From Trichoplax adhaerens (Eukaryota; Animalia; Placozoa): a stretch of DNA of 64,000 nucleotides. Location: NCBI RefSeq assembly GCF_000150275.1, contig NW_002060943.1, forward strand, positions 12,865,968-12,929,967, read 5' to 3'. The position numbers were made by a program, and so were the translations under genes. Every line of letters starts with the position of its first letter. Positions within the stretch are counted from its first letter, which is position 1. Under the pieces are notes generated by a model. That model saw only the letters and a program-made list of their open reading frames with translations. It did not search any database and was not told where the DNA came from. Shown here one piece after another: positions 11,901 to 25,976 of this stretch.

Positions 11901-13850
11901 TATCATGATTTTATTATTATCATTTCATGAAATCTGTGCAATGGTCGTAGATACATGAGGTGGGTATTATGATGTCTAATTGCAAAACCCTGGCTACGGA
12001 TCTGCAAAAAATTTTCCAGATTTATTGGAAATTAAGCGAGCCTAATTCGGTTATTCCATCTTCTTGGAGTCCCAATTATGATACTAAAATCAATGTTAAT
12101 CATCCTCTGAATGTCCGCTTGAACAAAGACAATTATCAAGTGTACTTATCGGTAGGGAATTGTACAATGGAGTCATATTCTACATTTCTATGTTCATCAA
12201 ATAGATTTATGGCATTTGTAACATTGTATCTTGAATAGAATTATTCAATACTTGCATGCTATTCATGCAGATTTAGATTATATCTATTAAGTTACATAAC
12301 GTAGTTAAATAATTCAAAACTTTCATTCTTTACACTTTGTCTTAACACGGTAGTCATCTCCACCTCAATTTTGCCCTCATGGAAGAACTACCGATATTGA
12401 CTCAATTCTAGCAACTATAAAGTCTGCTAAGAAGAGCGTTTCTATTGCTGTTATGGACTATTCACCGACAACATTGTATGCACATCCAAACAAGTATGTT
12501 GTCACTAATTATTATTGTTAAACTATATACCTTTAAAATGATGATGTATACGCTATTACTTAGTCTAAAGTTCTTAGCCAGTTTCTGCTTATGAACCGTG
12601 ATATCTCAGTTAGCGAAACGATAGGGTGTCAAGCTGGTAGCTCTTTTTAACTTAGATATTTAAATGATATGTAATATCTTAGATTTTATTCTCATTAAAT
12701 GATTTCTCAGCAATTGCTTACTTCAAAGGCCGCAACTAATCTGCAAATTGATTCTAATACTGATAACAACCATTTTATATCTGCACATGTGCCTAATTAG
12801 CAATAACTTAAGATTTTATTTCCTTAGAATGATGTTTACGCTATCGTTCAGTTCAGATACGTTACTAGTTTCATGTTAATACTAATCTTCATTAACAACG
12901 TCTCTACATGAGCAAGGTACTGGCCAGTAATTGATGACGCTCTCCGAGATGCCATGTTTAACAGAGGTGTCAACGTCAAAGTAATGGGTAGCTACTGGAA
13001 TCACACCAGATCAAATATGATACGATTTCTTAAGTCGCTGGCTAGCATAGACGGTACTTCCAAAGGATCAATGCAAGTTGTAAGTTGACTGACTATACTT
13101 ATTGACATATTTCACCGTATTTCTGGTGCCATTTTCTGTTATGGCTATAATGAATGTACAGTACAAATACTCTCAAAGGCACAATTATCAAATACTTTAA
13201 ATTTTTTACACAAGAAACTGCGCATGCTGCAGTTTAATATTTATTCGAGTGATGTGATACATTTTTGATTGTTTCAAATTGTAAAATTTCCATGCTGTAT
13301 ACCAAGTGTAATTGGTATTTGTTATATCCATATAAAAATTTAATTCTCATGCTGGGAATGAAAGTATTTACTTGTAATTTGTGCAATACATATTATTTTT
13401 CTTGGATCTACCTAGCATTTTATTGACTTCAATTATATAACTATCGGTAATAGAAATTATATAGAGTTCCTGTCTACACTGAAGATCAAAGAAAAATACC
13501 TTTCGCTCGTGTTAATCATAACAAGTACATGGTGACTGATTCAGTTGCTTACATAGGTAACCTAATTTGGATCACTTGATTAATAATATATGTATTGCAG
13601 TACCCGCATTGACTAATGTTCGATGTATATTATATACTGATTAGCAACATATTGGTGTGTTAATATTTTAGGTACGTCAAATTGGTCGGGTGATTATTTT
13701 ATTAATACCGGCGGCGTAGGCGTGATAATTAAACCACAGTCGGACCATTCCAAGAAATCGATACGTGATCAACTGCAAGATGTCTTTGATCGTGATTGGT
13801 CATCAGAACATGCTGTTGATATCTTTAAATTTAAATCTGATTTCGTTTGA
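8959..13850 (+). CDS. PLD3: PLD3/PLD4-family 5'-3' exonuclease (type II membrane HKD protein), 9 exons
   Basis: Phase-compatible GT-AG exons: 8959-8976, 9106-9335 (TM helix), 10813-10996 ([12 protein letters not shown]), 11369-11626 ([19 protein letters not shown]1), 11951-12151, 12354-12493, 12917-13079, 13454-13556 ([12 protein letters not shown]2), 13672-13850 ([16 protein letters not shown]). Confidence 0.93.
9390..10760. repeat. Degenerate ~240-bp tandem array in PLD3 intron 2
   Basis: The motifs GACTC..AAACTAAA..ACCTGCAGA, CTAGAGTG..ACGATT and ATCAACACT recur in order, with anchors at ~9465, 9720, 9962, 10180, 10445 and 10612. Confidence 0.7.
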
Positions 13851-14474
13851 GAGTACAGGTTAAATACCTTTTATAGCTGTTATACGTAGAATAATAGTAC
13901 ATAATCAATCATTAACATTGCAAGAATGAAACATTATCAACGTTCAGTCTTCAATGCCCTCATCAATCCAAAATTTATTTTTTAATTGTACCATCTTTAT
14001 CGATTATAACGTACCACATTATCATCATATACATATATATATATATGTTTAAATCGGAAAGTAGCTACTATTTACAAAATTATCTTTTTTAGATATATCC
14101 TTTATAATTCCTGATATAATTATCATGATAGTACAAGAGACCGTCATGACATAAAGTAATTGCCATGATCAGCAGTTCTATTTACAAAGTTTGACTAATT
14201 TTTATCCATTAACAAACTTTGATTTGTTGCTTCTTTGTCACCATACAAACTATCTTATCAGTAACATTATTTTCATTGTTAAACGGCCTAAAAAGTTGTT
14301 GTAAGTCACCGTTTATGGAATCAAATAAAGAATAGAAAATGAAATAAATCGTAAATTGTTGGTGAACGGACGCAGCCGAATGTATGTCGTATTTATTCTC
14401 AATATGTTGTCATAAAAATTTTCTACTTTATTTTCTATTGCACTGAAGCCGTCGAATATCATACTTTCAACTTG

Positions 14475-17400
14475 TTAGTTAGTGGATACCTCACTTCTAA
14501 ATGGCAGTAACTGCGGTATAATAGGTACAGAAGACTGCGATAATGTTGAAATATTAATAGGTCTCTCTGACGCAAGAAGATTCTTTACTGGCGTTTCAGA
14601 AACCGAATTGAAAGAATTTAGCGGGTTAGAAGAGACAGGATTATTTACATTTACATTAGGTGTAGATCCGGCCGCTGGTGTGGCCATATTTACATTGCCG
14701 ACTGTTAACGGAGAACTTGTAGATTGTTGGAGACTTGCTAAAAACTTAGACGGAGTAGATGGGCTTTCGTTGGATACAATCGCTGGTGTTATATCAACGG
14801 GATTAGGGTTCCCAAACGTAGGAGTCTGGGGAAGTGTTGAATTTTCCATTATGGTAGAACTAGATTCCGATTCCAAGAATTTGATAAACAGCTCTGTAAA
14901 GGACTGGTACAGGAATAAAATTGTATTAGGTAAAAATACACCATTCTCAGATAGATAGAGGATAAACCTTTCAAAGAGCGGCAGTTAAAGGTCTAGAATA
15001 GCACAGTAGAAAATAGAAATTACCTGATCGCTATTTGGCGCTGCCTGTACTGATTGTTCCTGAGGCTGACTGCTAAATCCTAACCAACTTGTCACCCAAC
15101 TTCTGTTTGGTGCATTAAGTCCAACCTTTAAGTAGATCCATTATAGCAATTACAGTTAGACTTATTTACGGTGAATCATTATACGCATCCATAATTATTT
15201 TAAAATTATACCTTTGATTTCTCATCATCAGTTAATTCTAGTATATTACTCAATACTTTCAGCGCATCGCCCTTTTTGTTATTTGAAACAGTTAGGTAAC
15301 TGACAAGCATATTCTTTACTAAAATCCTAGTTAGTTAATTTAAAAGAAACAATATTAACAAACAGAAAAGTTACAATGAAATTTTGATCTTTATATAAGA
15401 TTTAAGAGAAAATATGTATTTATTCCATTATTAAATTTAGTAATAACTTATGTTGAACTTACTTATCAACTCGGGCCTGATTTGAAGTTTGCATCATTTT
15501 TAGATGTTTTTTAGCTTCTTGCAGGAATGATTCTTTTCTTCTAACTAATTGTCAATTTGATAATTTATCATATTAACCTCTAAGGATACCATATAAGCTA
15601 TATACAATAAATTATTTTGGTTTATTCCTCAACGTTAATCAACGTCATTACCTTCATTTGTTAAATTTCGAATTATACTGTCTTTCGTTTTAAGTTGTGC
15701 ATCGAGTTGTTCAACTTTACTCGCAGTAAGAATTGTCTGCTCTAATTGATCCTTTACAATAACAAATCATCGCCTTATAAATATCTATTAATATTTAAAT
15801 CTACAGTCAAGGTAAAGGCTTTTACCCGAGCATCCTTTTCCTTCCTTTGTAGTTCTTCATTTTCTCGTTTCATCTTCTTTAGCTGTTGCTCTAAAAGCTG
15901 CAACTCGGTGGCATTCAAACTGGACTGATCTAATACGGCAAAGATAATAAAGGAAATAACTAAATTTACTTAAAAATAATACTGCACTCACTTTAGATGT
16001 ACGAGTACCTCTCTGAAATTGCTCTAGCACAATTTGCAAATTGTTAAGGGAGAGCTCTCGCTGTTGTAGTTGTTCTTGGGTTAACATAAGTTGATGTAAA
16101 GCATTATCACGCTGTACAACAGCTGCATCTAACTGCTTCTGTAGACTTTCAATTTGTAGGAATGCTTGACGACTAATAATATACAAATAATTAGTCAACA
16201 ATAGAACAGCCATGAACAAATAATTGAAGTAAATCTAAGGCTTTAGTGATCGCACGTTTGCAGGAGTTATCATAAGATAATAGCACGTATAATTATTTAC
16301 TATATATACAACGGATACCTATTATTTTGAGCTAAACTGGTACTATTTAACATTTGAGCTTGTGCTGACGATAACTGTTGATATAGCGCTTCCTCTGTGC
16401 TTTTTGCCTTCAGTGCTTCCTGTGTGTATGACTCTTCAATCTACCATAACAAATGTCAATAGTCATTTAATGATAAATTAGAAGATATACCCACTAAAAA
16501 TAAAGTCAACTAAAATTGCAAAAATGATAGCTAATGACAATATAACAGAGCATACCTGAACTAAGTGCTGTCGAAGTCGTTCAAGTTCTGTTTGGTGTTT
16601 CTGCTCATTTGTAGCTAATTTATTAAGTAATCCTTCGTTTTCTATCCTCATGGCACTTATATCATTATCATATTTCTTAACAACGTACTCTAATTGAGTT
16701 ATGGTGCTTTGTTTGATTGAAGCATCTTCTTGAAGTTTCAATGAGTCCGACTGAAGCTTACTAATCGTATCTTTATCAACCCCAATTATATTTGTCAATT
16801 TATGAACTTCTGATTGCAAAGAACTAACTTCCCGCTGTCGCTCCATCACTGTTTGTAGAAGTTGATTACGTTCGTCATCTAAATCTTGTAATTTCTTCTT
16901 TAACTGATTATTTTCATTCGTAGCATCAGAATTATTTTCATGATTCACAAATGTAGCCTGTTGAATTTCATTAACACGTTTAGCCATATCATTGCGCTCA
17001 ATTTGAAGTCTTTCAATTTCTTCAACAAGATTGTTCCTTTCTTGCTTCACTTTGCTAATTTCTATATCCTTCTGCATCACCAACTGTTGATAATCATTTT
17101 TATGAAGCTCTTTGATTTCCATTAATTTAGAATTGTGATTTTGAGATTCCAATTGTAATTGCTTCACTTGAGCTTGCATGCCTTCATTCCGTATTTCTGC
17201 CTGTCGTACTTCTTCTGTTAGAGCTTGATTAGCACTTTGTAGTTGTACTTTCTCATTTTCAAGATTTTTTATTGTGCTTCTTTGATTTTGTACTTCTTCT
17301 TTTAATTCCTCACTCTCACTTGAAACTTTAAAGTTAGCTTTGGCGTCGCTAAGTAATTTCGCATTTTCACTTCGTAAAGAATCTATTTCTACTGCTATTT

Positions 17401-20400
17401 GTCGATTAGAATCTTCACTGGCTTTTAATGTATCTGTTAAGGTTTGAATTTCGTCTTCAAGCTGAACTTTAGTATTATCTAAAGACTCAATAGTGTTACG
17501 TTTCTTCAGTATCTCCATTTCGAGTGTATCCTTCTCTTTTGATATCTTGCTATAATTGATATTAGCGCCTTGTAACTGTTCAGTAAGCTCGGTTATTTTA
17601 GCGTCGGTAGATTTCGTTAAATTCACTTTTAATTCTTCATATTCAGTCAATTTACTATTCAAAGTTTCAATTTCTTCGCGAAGATGTTCTATTTCCATTA
17701 GTAACTGTTCTTTTTCATCATTCCCTTCAATAACTTGCCTATTGGCAACTTTTAGCTGTTCATAATTGGCAATTAAAGACCTATTTTCTTGATTTAAGGC
17801 ATCATTCGCATTTTTCAATGCTTTTAATTTGGTTCTACTATCCAGTAATGCATTTTCCAAACTTTCTTTTTCTAATTCCCAATTACTTAGTACTTCTTCA
17901 GACAAAGAAGCTGATGAAGATAATCCTAGCATCTACATAAATCATAAAATAAAATTTAGAGTATTGATAAAAAAATGGGAAACATAGATATGGATATTAA
18001 GCGAATTACCTGATCTTGCAAGGATTGAATATTGCCCGTTAAGGTTTCATTTCCTGCCTTGAGATTTTCCATAACTAAATGCAGCTCATCGTTCTTTACT
18101 TTTTCGCTGGCCAACTGATCTTCCGAAATTTTTAATTGTTCATGTAATGAACGACTTTCAGATTTTAACTCTTCCAATAAGTGAGTATGTTTTTGATCGC
18201 TTGAGATCTTGTTTTCCAGTGAGGAATCTCTTTCTTCAGTTAGTGCTAAGAGTTGAGATTCCAGACTAAGTATTTTCTTTTCATACGTTTGATTCTTTTC
18301 TTCTACACTTTGATCGCGTAACTTGTGGTCTTGTTGATTCTGCAATATTTCCATAGAAAGAGAGTCTTTCATTTTAGTTAATTCCTCCACTTTTTCCTCT
18401 AGTTCACGTTTCTGCTGTTCACTCTTTGTTGAAGCCATTTGGAATTTGTCTCTTTCTTTGGTAATGTTTTGTATCAATTTGTTTAAATTAGAAGTTTTAT
18501 CCTCATAATCTTGCTTAACTTTTTCTATTTCATTATACTCAGTCGTCAAAGTAGACCATTGTTCTTTCAAATTCTTCAGCTCTGATTTGCACTCTTCCAA
18601 TTGGATGTTCGCATCAGCTAATCTTTTTTCCGTAGTCATTAATTCTTCAATTGTAAATGATGTCTGGGTTAGTGTATCGGTATATTCTGTAGATAGTTTA
18701 TTTCTACTAGACTCCAACTGTTCGTTCTGTCCTTTAATTTGCTCTTCCAATGCTACTATTTTTTTCCTAGATTTATCTTGATATTGCGTCAATTTAAGAT
18801 TAAGTGCTTTTAGTTTATATTTTAAAGCCTCGGTTTCCTTACTAGTAGTTGCAGATGCTTTTTTCTCACGCTCCAGTTGAGCTTTGGTTTCTTCAAGGCA
18901 TTTCAGGCTTTCTTCATATTTAGCAGTTATTTCTGTTAAATTGTCTTGTAATCGTTTGTTGTTGGAAACATTGATATCGTCAGTAATAACTAAATCTTTA
19001 TTAATATCTTCGCCGTCCAATGAATCTTGAGATTGTGGTAAATTTTGTTGTCGCTTTACCTTTTGAACACCATCCTGCAGCCGTTGAAGGTGCTCAAAAA
19101 CTTCGATATTATCTCCTGTATTCATAGATTTTAAATTTGACTGTAGACGTGATAGTCTCTTTGATATTTCACTAATACTTTCATTCAAATCTCCTTCGTT
19201 ATCGTGAGTACTTTCTTCTGTCTTCGAATCGCTTTGTATCAACGATTCAACTAAGTGATGTGAAGAAGCGTATAAAATGTTGTTAATATACGCTATTATC
19301 AGAGTTGATAACATAATCAATAAGTATTAGCAATAAAAATCTATGACCTAAATTTTTAGTAATTTAGTTGATCAAAGAACTAATTTGATTTGTGGATCTT
19401 GCATTGAAAGCAAAACGAGAGACGCTCTGGAAAGTCTTACCTTGGGTAGAATTTTGAATTTGTTCTTTTAGAAGTTTAATTGTCTCAGCATCATCTAAGC
19501 GAGATTCATTCAAGGCGTTAGTTTCCTCTTTATGCTTCTGCATTACAGCGCGTATCCTCTCATTATGAACTTGTTCTAGAGCTACCATTTCACGATTATG
19601 GTCATCTATTTCTTTGCTTAATTGCGATTTCAGATCCTGTTAAAGTAAAGATTAGGTCATGTAGGTGTGTTAAGAACATATCTACGCCATGGTAAAAAAT
19701 TCTATTCTACTGAAATCTATGACAATGATTTCATCAATAATGCATGCCTGAATAATGTTGTGCAAAGGTTCCAAATCAGCATTATCAGCGATAGGCTTGC
19801 TCTTCTTTTTCTCCTATATTAATTAAAGTTACATTTGCTGTTAGTACAATTTTTATATCCACTAATACATCAACTTTGGTAATTAATCAATGTCCACGTC
19901 TTAAGTAAATCTTGACTGTTGTCCCGTACGCTGTGTCGAAGATAACTTACTTCATCGGCAATATGTCTCCATCGATCGCGTTCAACTTGCATCTTCGAGA
20001 ATTCCATTGATAATCTATTAATCTCTCTTTGACATGAAATTATATCAGTAAAGTCAACAGTTTCCGGAAACGTTAGACCGGTAGATGTATTGGGCATATT
20101 TAGGGTAACTTGTCTTTGCTGCTCCATCGAAGCCTTGTCAACTAAGGCAGCATCTATAAGTTGCTGTTTCTCCAACATTTCTTCGTTCTGTTGCTTAAGA
20201 CTCTTCAGTTGATTCTATTCGACAAATTTCATATCAATTTAAAACATTTCAAATGTAAACAGCTGTGCCATATTAACATTATATGAATAGAATACGCACA
20301 TGTCAATACTAGAGACATTGTTTGTATACAAAATGTAAAATTCGTATAGTTAGATCTACAGTATTAAGATTAACCAATATAAATGATACTGCTTAAAAAG

Positions 20401-23400
20401 TATCACATAAGGACCTTAAATGACTGAAATAATGATTGTATTATTTATGACAACAAATTGATTATTCTTTAACACGTAGACAATAATAGCTTTGTGTCAA
20501 TCAAGGAGCGCTTATGATGTTTACCTCTTTTTCTAGTAAAAGTTGTCGATATTCTCGTGATATACTTGATATTTGCAATTCAGCAGCTTCAGAGCGCTCT
20601 TCCATTTCATTTTGATGCCTTTTCAATCTTTCATACTAGATATTGAACGCTCTTAATTAATAAAAGTAAAATTGTGCCAGGAGAATATTATCTGTGCCAT
20701 TCATTGGTAGAACTGCACTACAACAATTGTACTCGTATTCATGAATTTTGTTAACCTTCTAGTAAAATTAATAATTAGGCATCGACTTTTAAAATGTACG
20801 GTTCAGTAGATTAATTTTTTTTCTATTCATGTTTTCATGTTTGAGCTCATACACTGCATCAAGACCAGTAATCACTATTTTGAGTTTTAAGGCTTAACAC
20901 ATTGACACATATTGTGTATAAATTGCTCTTTAGGCCTGACGATTATTAAATGTATGACACAGGTACTAAATAATTTTAAAATAGTGAAATTGATTTCATT
21001 GGTTAAGGTTGGTGATATCATTTACACCTTTAACATTAATTTTATTACCTCTTCCTTATGTTGCTGTGCATCAGCTTCTAATTGTGTAATGAGATTTCTA
21101 GCAATTTGCAGCTCAGTAAGATGATCTACATTTAAATATAAGACCACAGTCGGAAAGATGACCATTAGCTAATTCAATTATTTTATTACAAGGATAAAGT
21201 CGCACTCAATGTATATCAAGATATGTGACACTAAAGAGCTCTTCGATACCGGATATCCCCCCACAATACCATCGTTCACAATTAGCGAAAGATATGCATC
21301 GACTACGGGTTATCCAAAGAGGGATAAGATGGTTTTTATATCGTAAACACTTTACACAAACTGCCGTCTTATTCTATTTCATCTGTATTATGGTCAATCA
21401 AACGAGGCTATTAGTGTCTATTTACTATACCGATAAGTATGAGACAGACATTGGATACTTGATTAATCACAGCTACTTTAACATCTCTGTTCAGTTAAGT
21501 CATAAAATATTATGCAAAGATTTGTTTCCATCTCTACATGTATTTCATTTTCAACTTCAAACATGTTTTGTCGTGATAGCTCCAACAGGATATAACACTA
21601 TCATCGGCATACGATCATCTTTACTTGGTTAACGCCATACATTTAAATTATTTCTTGTATCATTGCGGCGATTTAATATAGTCTGCGTATCAACAATGTA
21701 TATCCAAGAGGACTAAATTAATGTCGTCTAACTTTACTAGCAAGAAAAAATAAATTGTATTTCGATTCCGTTAGCCGGTTTCTATAACATGTTGAGATCT
21801 TATGGTAGTATTGGAAAATTATTTACTGGATCGATAAGTATGATGCTTACAACGTTCTCTCTCACGATGAGTATGACCATTGCCACTACCCGTCATTATC
21901 TAGAGTGGTATATGAATTATTTATTTTACATTTATATCAGTATTTCATTTACAGTAGCAGCTTTTTCTAGTTCCATGACAGCAATACTATTCTTGTCATG
22001 GCAATCTATTATGTGTGTCTACCATGAACGTTGGAGAGGATTGCTTTGATTATCCGACCCGATTCATTGCAAACTGTAGCCTCCATGTTCTGTATTTTAT
22101 CTATATCATGGTCTATCCTGAGAGATTATTAAAGCATCATTGATAAGCTATAAAGTATGGATGATACCCATTCCCTCCAAGCAGTAATATTACGACACTC
22201 ATTATTATTCCATGTCTATCTATATCCAATCATCAACAGTCAAAGCTGAATTATTTTAGACATCTATTGTAATTCCAATTATAATAGAAATTATACATCT
22301 AGTTCCATCATACTAGAGACATGGTGTGATCCTTCTATCATTACCGAAGTTGTCCATGATATGCATCCACTATGGATGCCCGAGAGGATTACAATAATCG
22401 TCTTACCTTATTCATTTCAATCTAACTGTAGCCTTTTCACAGTCTTTTAACCATATCAACATCGATCGTAGTACGACATTAAAATATCATTGATTGACTG
22501 CATGCATAAGTAGGACCAAGACGCCCTTCTATGACTAGGATAACGATCACTATTGCTCTACAGTATATCTTGAATATACCATTAACAACCATACTAGACG
22601 AATTATTCTACATTTCTACACGTATTTCAATATCACTGTAGTCTTTACATCATCCAACTCGTATACCCATATCAAGCTCATCGTATTACAACATTAGAGT
22701 ATGATTCATTCAGCCGGTGGATCAATAAGATCCAACACGCTCTTCCATCACTAGAATGACGATCATCATTGCTGTACAGTATGTCTTTAAATATCTCGTC
22801 AACAGTCAAAGTAAACGAATTCGATAACTACTGTACATTTCTAGGCATATTTCAATGGAACTACAGTACATCCTTTTCTTAATCTATATCATCCTCTACG
22901 ACGATCGAGTTGGATTCATTAACCCTATCGACAAGGAGGACCACTACACTCTTCTATCTATCCAATGACAATCATCATTCCTGTATATCTTTAACATGCC
23001 AATTACTGTGGTACTACACGAATGATTCTACCCTTTGACACCTATTTCATTTACAAACATCGTCTAACATGGCTGGAAAGGCGTAGTCATGTTATCCAAC
23101 TGTGGGTAACCGTATCAGTCGTTTGACAGAGACAGGAATGGAATTATGGTCATAATGTATTCTGGTTTTGTACCCATTCTAATCTATTTTCCATTTATAC
23201 AAGGATTCCTTTTGAAAAGAGTCTGTTCTGACTGCACTAGAATCGAGTTATCATAATATCCTACTGGTGTTATTAAATTGTCAACCATCCTCTTGCTCTC
23301 CAATGGCGATTTCATTGAATTTGCTGTACCTTGAGGGATAATCGTTGATTGCACATGGGAATCATTGGGCCAATCCAACTACTCCATGGATGATTTTAGC

Positions 23401-23626
23401 CCGTTGATTTCATCCTCATGCTATTGCACTCTCCCGTCTATTGGTCATTGATCGATTGGCATTTCTCGCATCGATCTTGTGTATCCAATGGCTCCATTTT
23501 TATTGTGGTTACTAAGCAATGGAAAGACTTACCTGGAATCTCTTGTGTTCCTTCGACCAAGACATCTTTAGTAAAGTTGGAAATTTGATCGGTGATATTA
23601 TTAAAACTGCCAGTAAACCACGCCAT
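14475..23626 (-). CDS. TRIP11: Golgin GMAP-210/TRIP11: N-terminal ALPS-like motif, long coiled coil, GRAB domain; ~16 exons
   Basis: Exon 1 (23626-23533), MAWFTGSFNNITDQISNFTKDVLVEGTQEIP, matches the GMAP-210 N-terminus (QISNFTKD). Large coiled-coil exons lie at ~19250-18010 and ~17933-16556. A GRAB-like exon, ILVKNMLVSYL..DALKVLSNILELTDDEK, is at ~15327-15212. The last exon is SFTELFIKFLESES plus an S/P-rich tail. Confidence 0.88.
21900..23060. repeat. Degenerate ~210-bp tandem array in TRIP11 intron 1
   Basis: CTTCTAT..CTAG..(A/G)ACGATCA..ATTGCT..TACAGTAT recurs at ~22525, ~22740 and ~22950. ACTGTAG(C/T)C recurs at ~22073, ~22425 and ~22635. Confidence 0.65.
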
Positions 23627-23808
23627 AATGGCGCTACAGTGGTCTCACTTGGTGATAATTGGCTTGGAAATAAATAAATACCAATAACCAATTCAAGAAG
23701 GGGAAAAATAACCAGCAAAAACGAAGCAAATTCACCAACTAAGAGATGGTCCAAGTTGAACTATTTAAGCGTCCATTGGCCTCTTTGTTACGTCATTTTG
23801 CCCGCTGA

Positions 23809-24796
23809 CCGGACTGTCCACAACGATCCGTCTGTCGGCTGAGCTGACCAAGATTGATGCGTCCCCGGTGGTGACTTGGCCTATGGTTTGCCAGGTCGTC
23901 ACGCTGTCACTTCTGTCTGTCAAAGGGATTTCTACTCAGTGTACTGTAGATCAAGAGGGAAATGAAGTGACTGAAACAGTCGATGAAAGTAATACTATAG
24001 TAATAAAAAAGTCGTTAACCGTGGATAGTAGTCGACAGGGTGATGTTGATGTGGCCAGTCTATTAGCGAGAATGGATGGCATGGATTTGTCGAGAATGTC
24101 GACAATAAGCAAACAGAAACAACATGGACGAATGAATAGCGTCTTGACAACTTGAAACACATGCTGTATTGTCAGCACTTGCAGCTTCTACAAGTCAACA
24201 TTAGTTTAGGTCGAGTAGGTTGCTGGACGTGAATGAAATTCACTTTAAAGCGATCGCTGGAACTTGTCACGCTGTCACTTCTGTCTGTAAAAGGGACTTG
24301 TGTATTGTGTACTCACTGTACTGTACACTGTACACTGTACAGTATTGTACGGACCGGACTGTCCGCAACGATCCGTCTGTCGGCCGAGCTGACTATGGTT
24401 TGCCAGGTCGTCACGCTGTCACTTCTGTCTGTCAAAGGGATTTCTACTCAGTGTACTGTAGATCAAGAGGGAAATGAAGTGACTGAAACAGTCGATGAAA
24501 GTGATACTATAGTAATAAAAAAGTCGTTAACCGTGGATAGTAGTGGACAGGGTGATGTTGATGTGGCCAGTCTATTAGCGAGAATGGATGGCGTGGATTT
24601 GTCGAGAATGTCGACAATAAGCAAACAGAAACAACATGGACGAATGAATAGCGTCTTGACAACTTGAAACACATGTTGTATCGTCTGCTTTTGCAGCTTC
24701 TACAAGTCAACATTAGTTTAGGTCGAGTGGGTTGATGGACGTGAACGAATTTCACTTTAGAGTACAGTGCAAGGAAAAGCGATCGTTGGAACTTGG
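23809..24796. repeat. Recent ~512-bp tandem duplication in the TRIP11 upstream region
   Basis: CTATGGTTTGCCAGGTCGTCACGCTG.. at 23881 and 24393, near-identical over ~400 bp. A shared upstream 40-mer lies at 23809 and 24354. Confidence 0.95.
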
Positions 24797-24960
24797 AATA
24801 TGGCTTGTCCGTCTGTCCATTTGCAATGGTATCAAGTCTGGAAAGAGTAGTTCTAACGATAGAGCTTAGTGCAGGACTGTTCATAGTCGGTAGACCAACT
24901 TCGGTTTACCAATGTAGTCAAGGCCAGCGTTATTGATAATATAATGTTTAATGTTATAGG

Positions 24961-25350
24961 TCATTTCATCATGGCCAATCGGCCGTAGTCAGAACCAAGT
25001 TAGTTTGCTTTCTCATACTACCGTAAATACATGTGTAAAATAGATGTCATATTATTTCTTGGTGTTATAGTGGAAACAACACTGAAGTGAATGACATCTG
25101 TTTTACATCTAGATGTACGGTGTACAGTAAGTCATTTCATCATGGCCGATCGGCCGTAGTCAGAACCAAGTTAGTTTGCTTTCTCATACAGTACTACCTT
25201 ACACACATGCGCAAAATAGATGTCATATTATTTCTTGCTGTTTTAGTAGAAACAATGTTTAATCGAATGACATCTGTTTTACATCGAGGTGTACAGTGCA
25301 CAGTGTACACGGCACAGTACAGCACAGTACAGTACAGTTCATTTCATCAT
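24961..25350. repeat. Tandem duplication, ~171-bp unit (2 copies plus a partial third)
   Basis: TCATTTCATCATGGCC(A/G)ATCGGCCGTAGTCAGAACCAAGTTAG at 24961 and 25132; TCATTTCATCAT again at ~25339. Confidence 0.9.
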
Positions 25351-25649
25351 ACAGTACTGTACAGTACTGTAGCCCATGGACCGTACAGTACAGCTACAGT
25401 AAAAAGATTCTAGACTTAGTACTGTAGACTCTACTTACAAGCAGCTATGCAACCAGCACAGCTGGCGATTGCAGATTGCAGAAACCTGCAAGCATCGTTG
25501 ACATATTGACTTTGCTCCTACGCCATCTTCGCGCTTTTCTCAGCTGTTTAAAGCGTCTTATTGATTTTATGGAGGTTTACTAAGTCAATCATGACAGCTA
25601 CCTTGTCTGTTATTGGTGAATTGATTGGTGAATAACTGTTGGGTGAGTC

Positions 25650-25976
25650 ATGGAGGACGCAGTCCAATGCCCACAATCGGAGAACATCAACTTCGCTTTG
25701 AGAGCATACCAGCAATGGGACCATCAAAACAGATTACTCTTCTTAACATCATTTCATACCAAGTGCTGCCAATGCAGTGTGATTGAAATGTTAAGTCAAA
25801 GCTTTGAAGGGCTAGCCAGCGCACCCAAGTTACCGGATACTTTTTTCCAAGTGGATGTAGAATGGATCATCAATCAATGGGAAGGATGGAATGAAGAAGA
25901 TCGATCACAATTTATAACGGCCATTCGCTGCATCGATCAGCCGCTATTTAGACTGGTATTTCAATGCCAGCAATAG
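25650..25976 (+). CDS. C14orf119/DUF4508-like small protein, 108 aa, single exon
   Basis: Good start context (GTCATGG). Two-fold WxxxxRxxF(L/I) pattern (WDHQNRLLFL; WEGWNEEDRSQFI..ID..F) with a P-x-x-F linker, resembling human C14orf119 as recalled (WSGPQRERFL; WFRGWAEQERNEFV). Confidence 0.7.
   Translation: MEDAVQCPQSENINFALRAYQQWDHQNRLLFLTSFHTKCCQCSVIEMLSQSFEGLASAPKLPDTFFQVDVEWIINQWEGWNEEDRSQFITAIRCIDQPLFRLVFQCQQ

Noticed and set aside
14482-14958. 158-aa plus-strand ORF
   Set aside because: Antisense shadow of the last TRIP11 exon.
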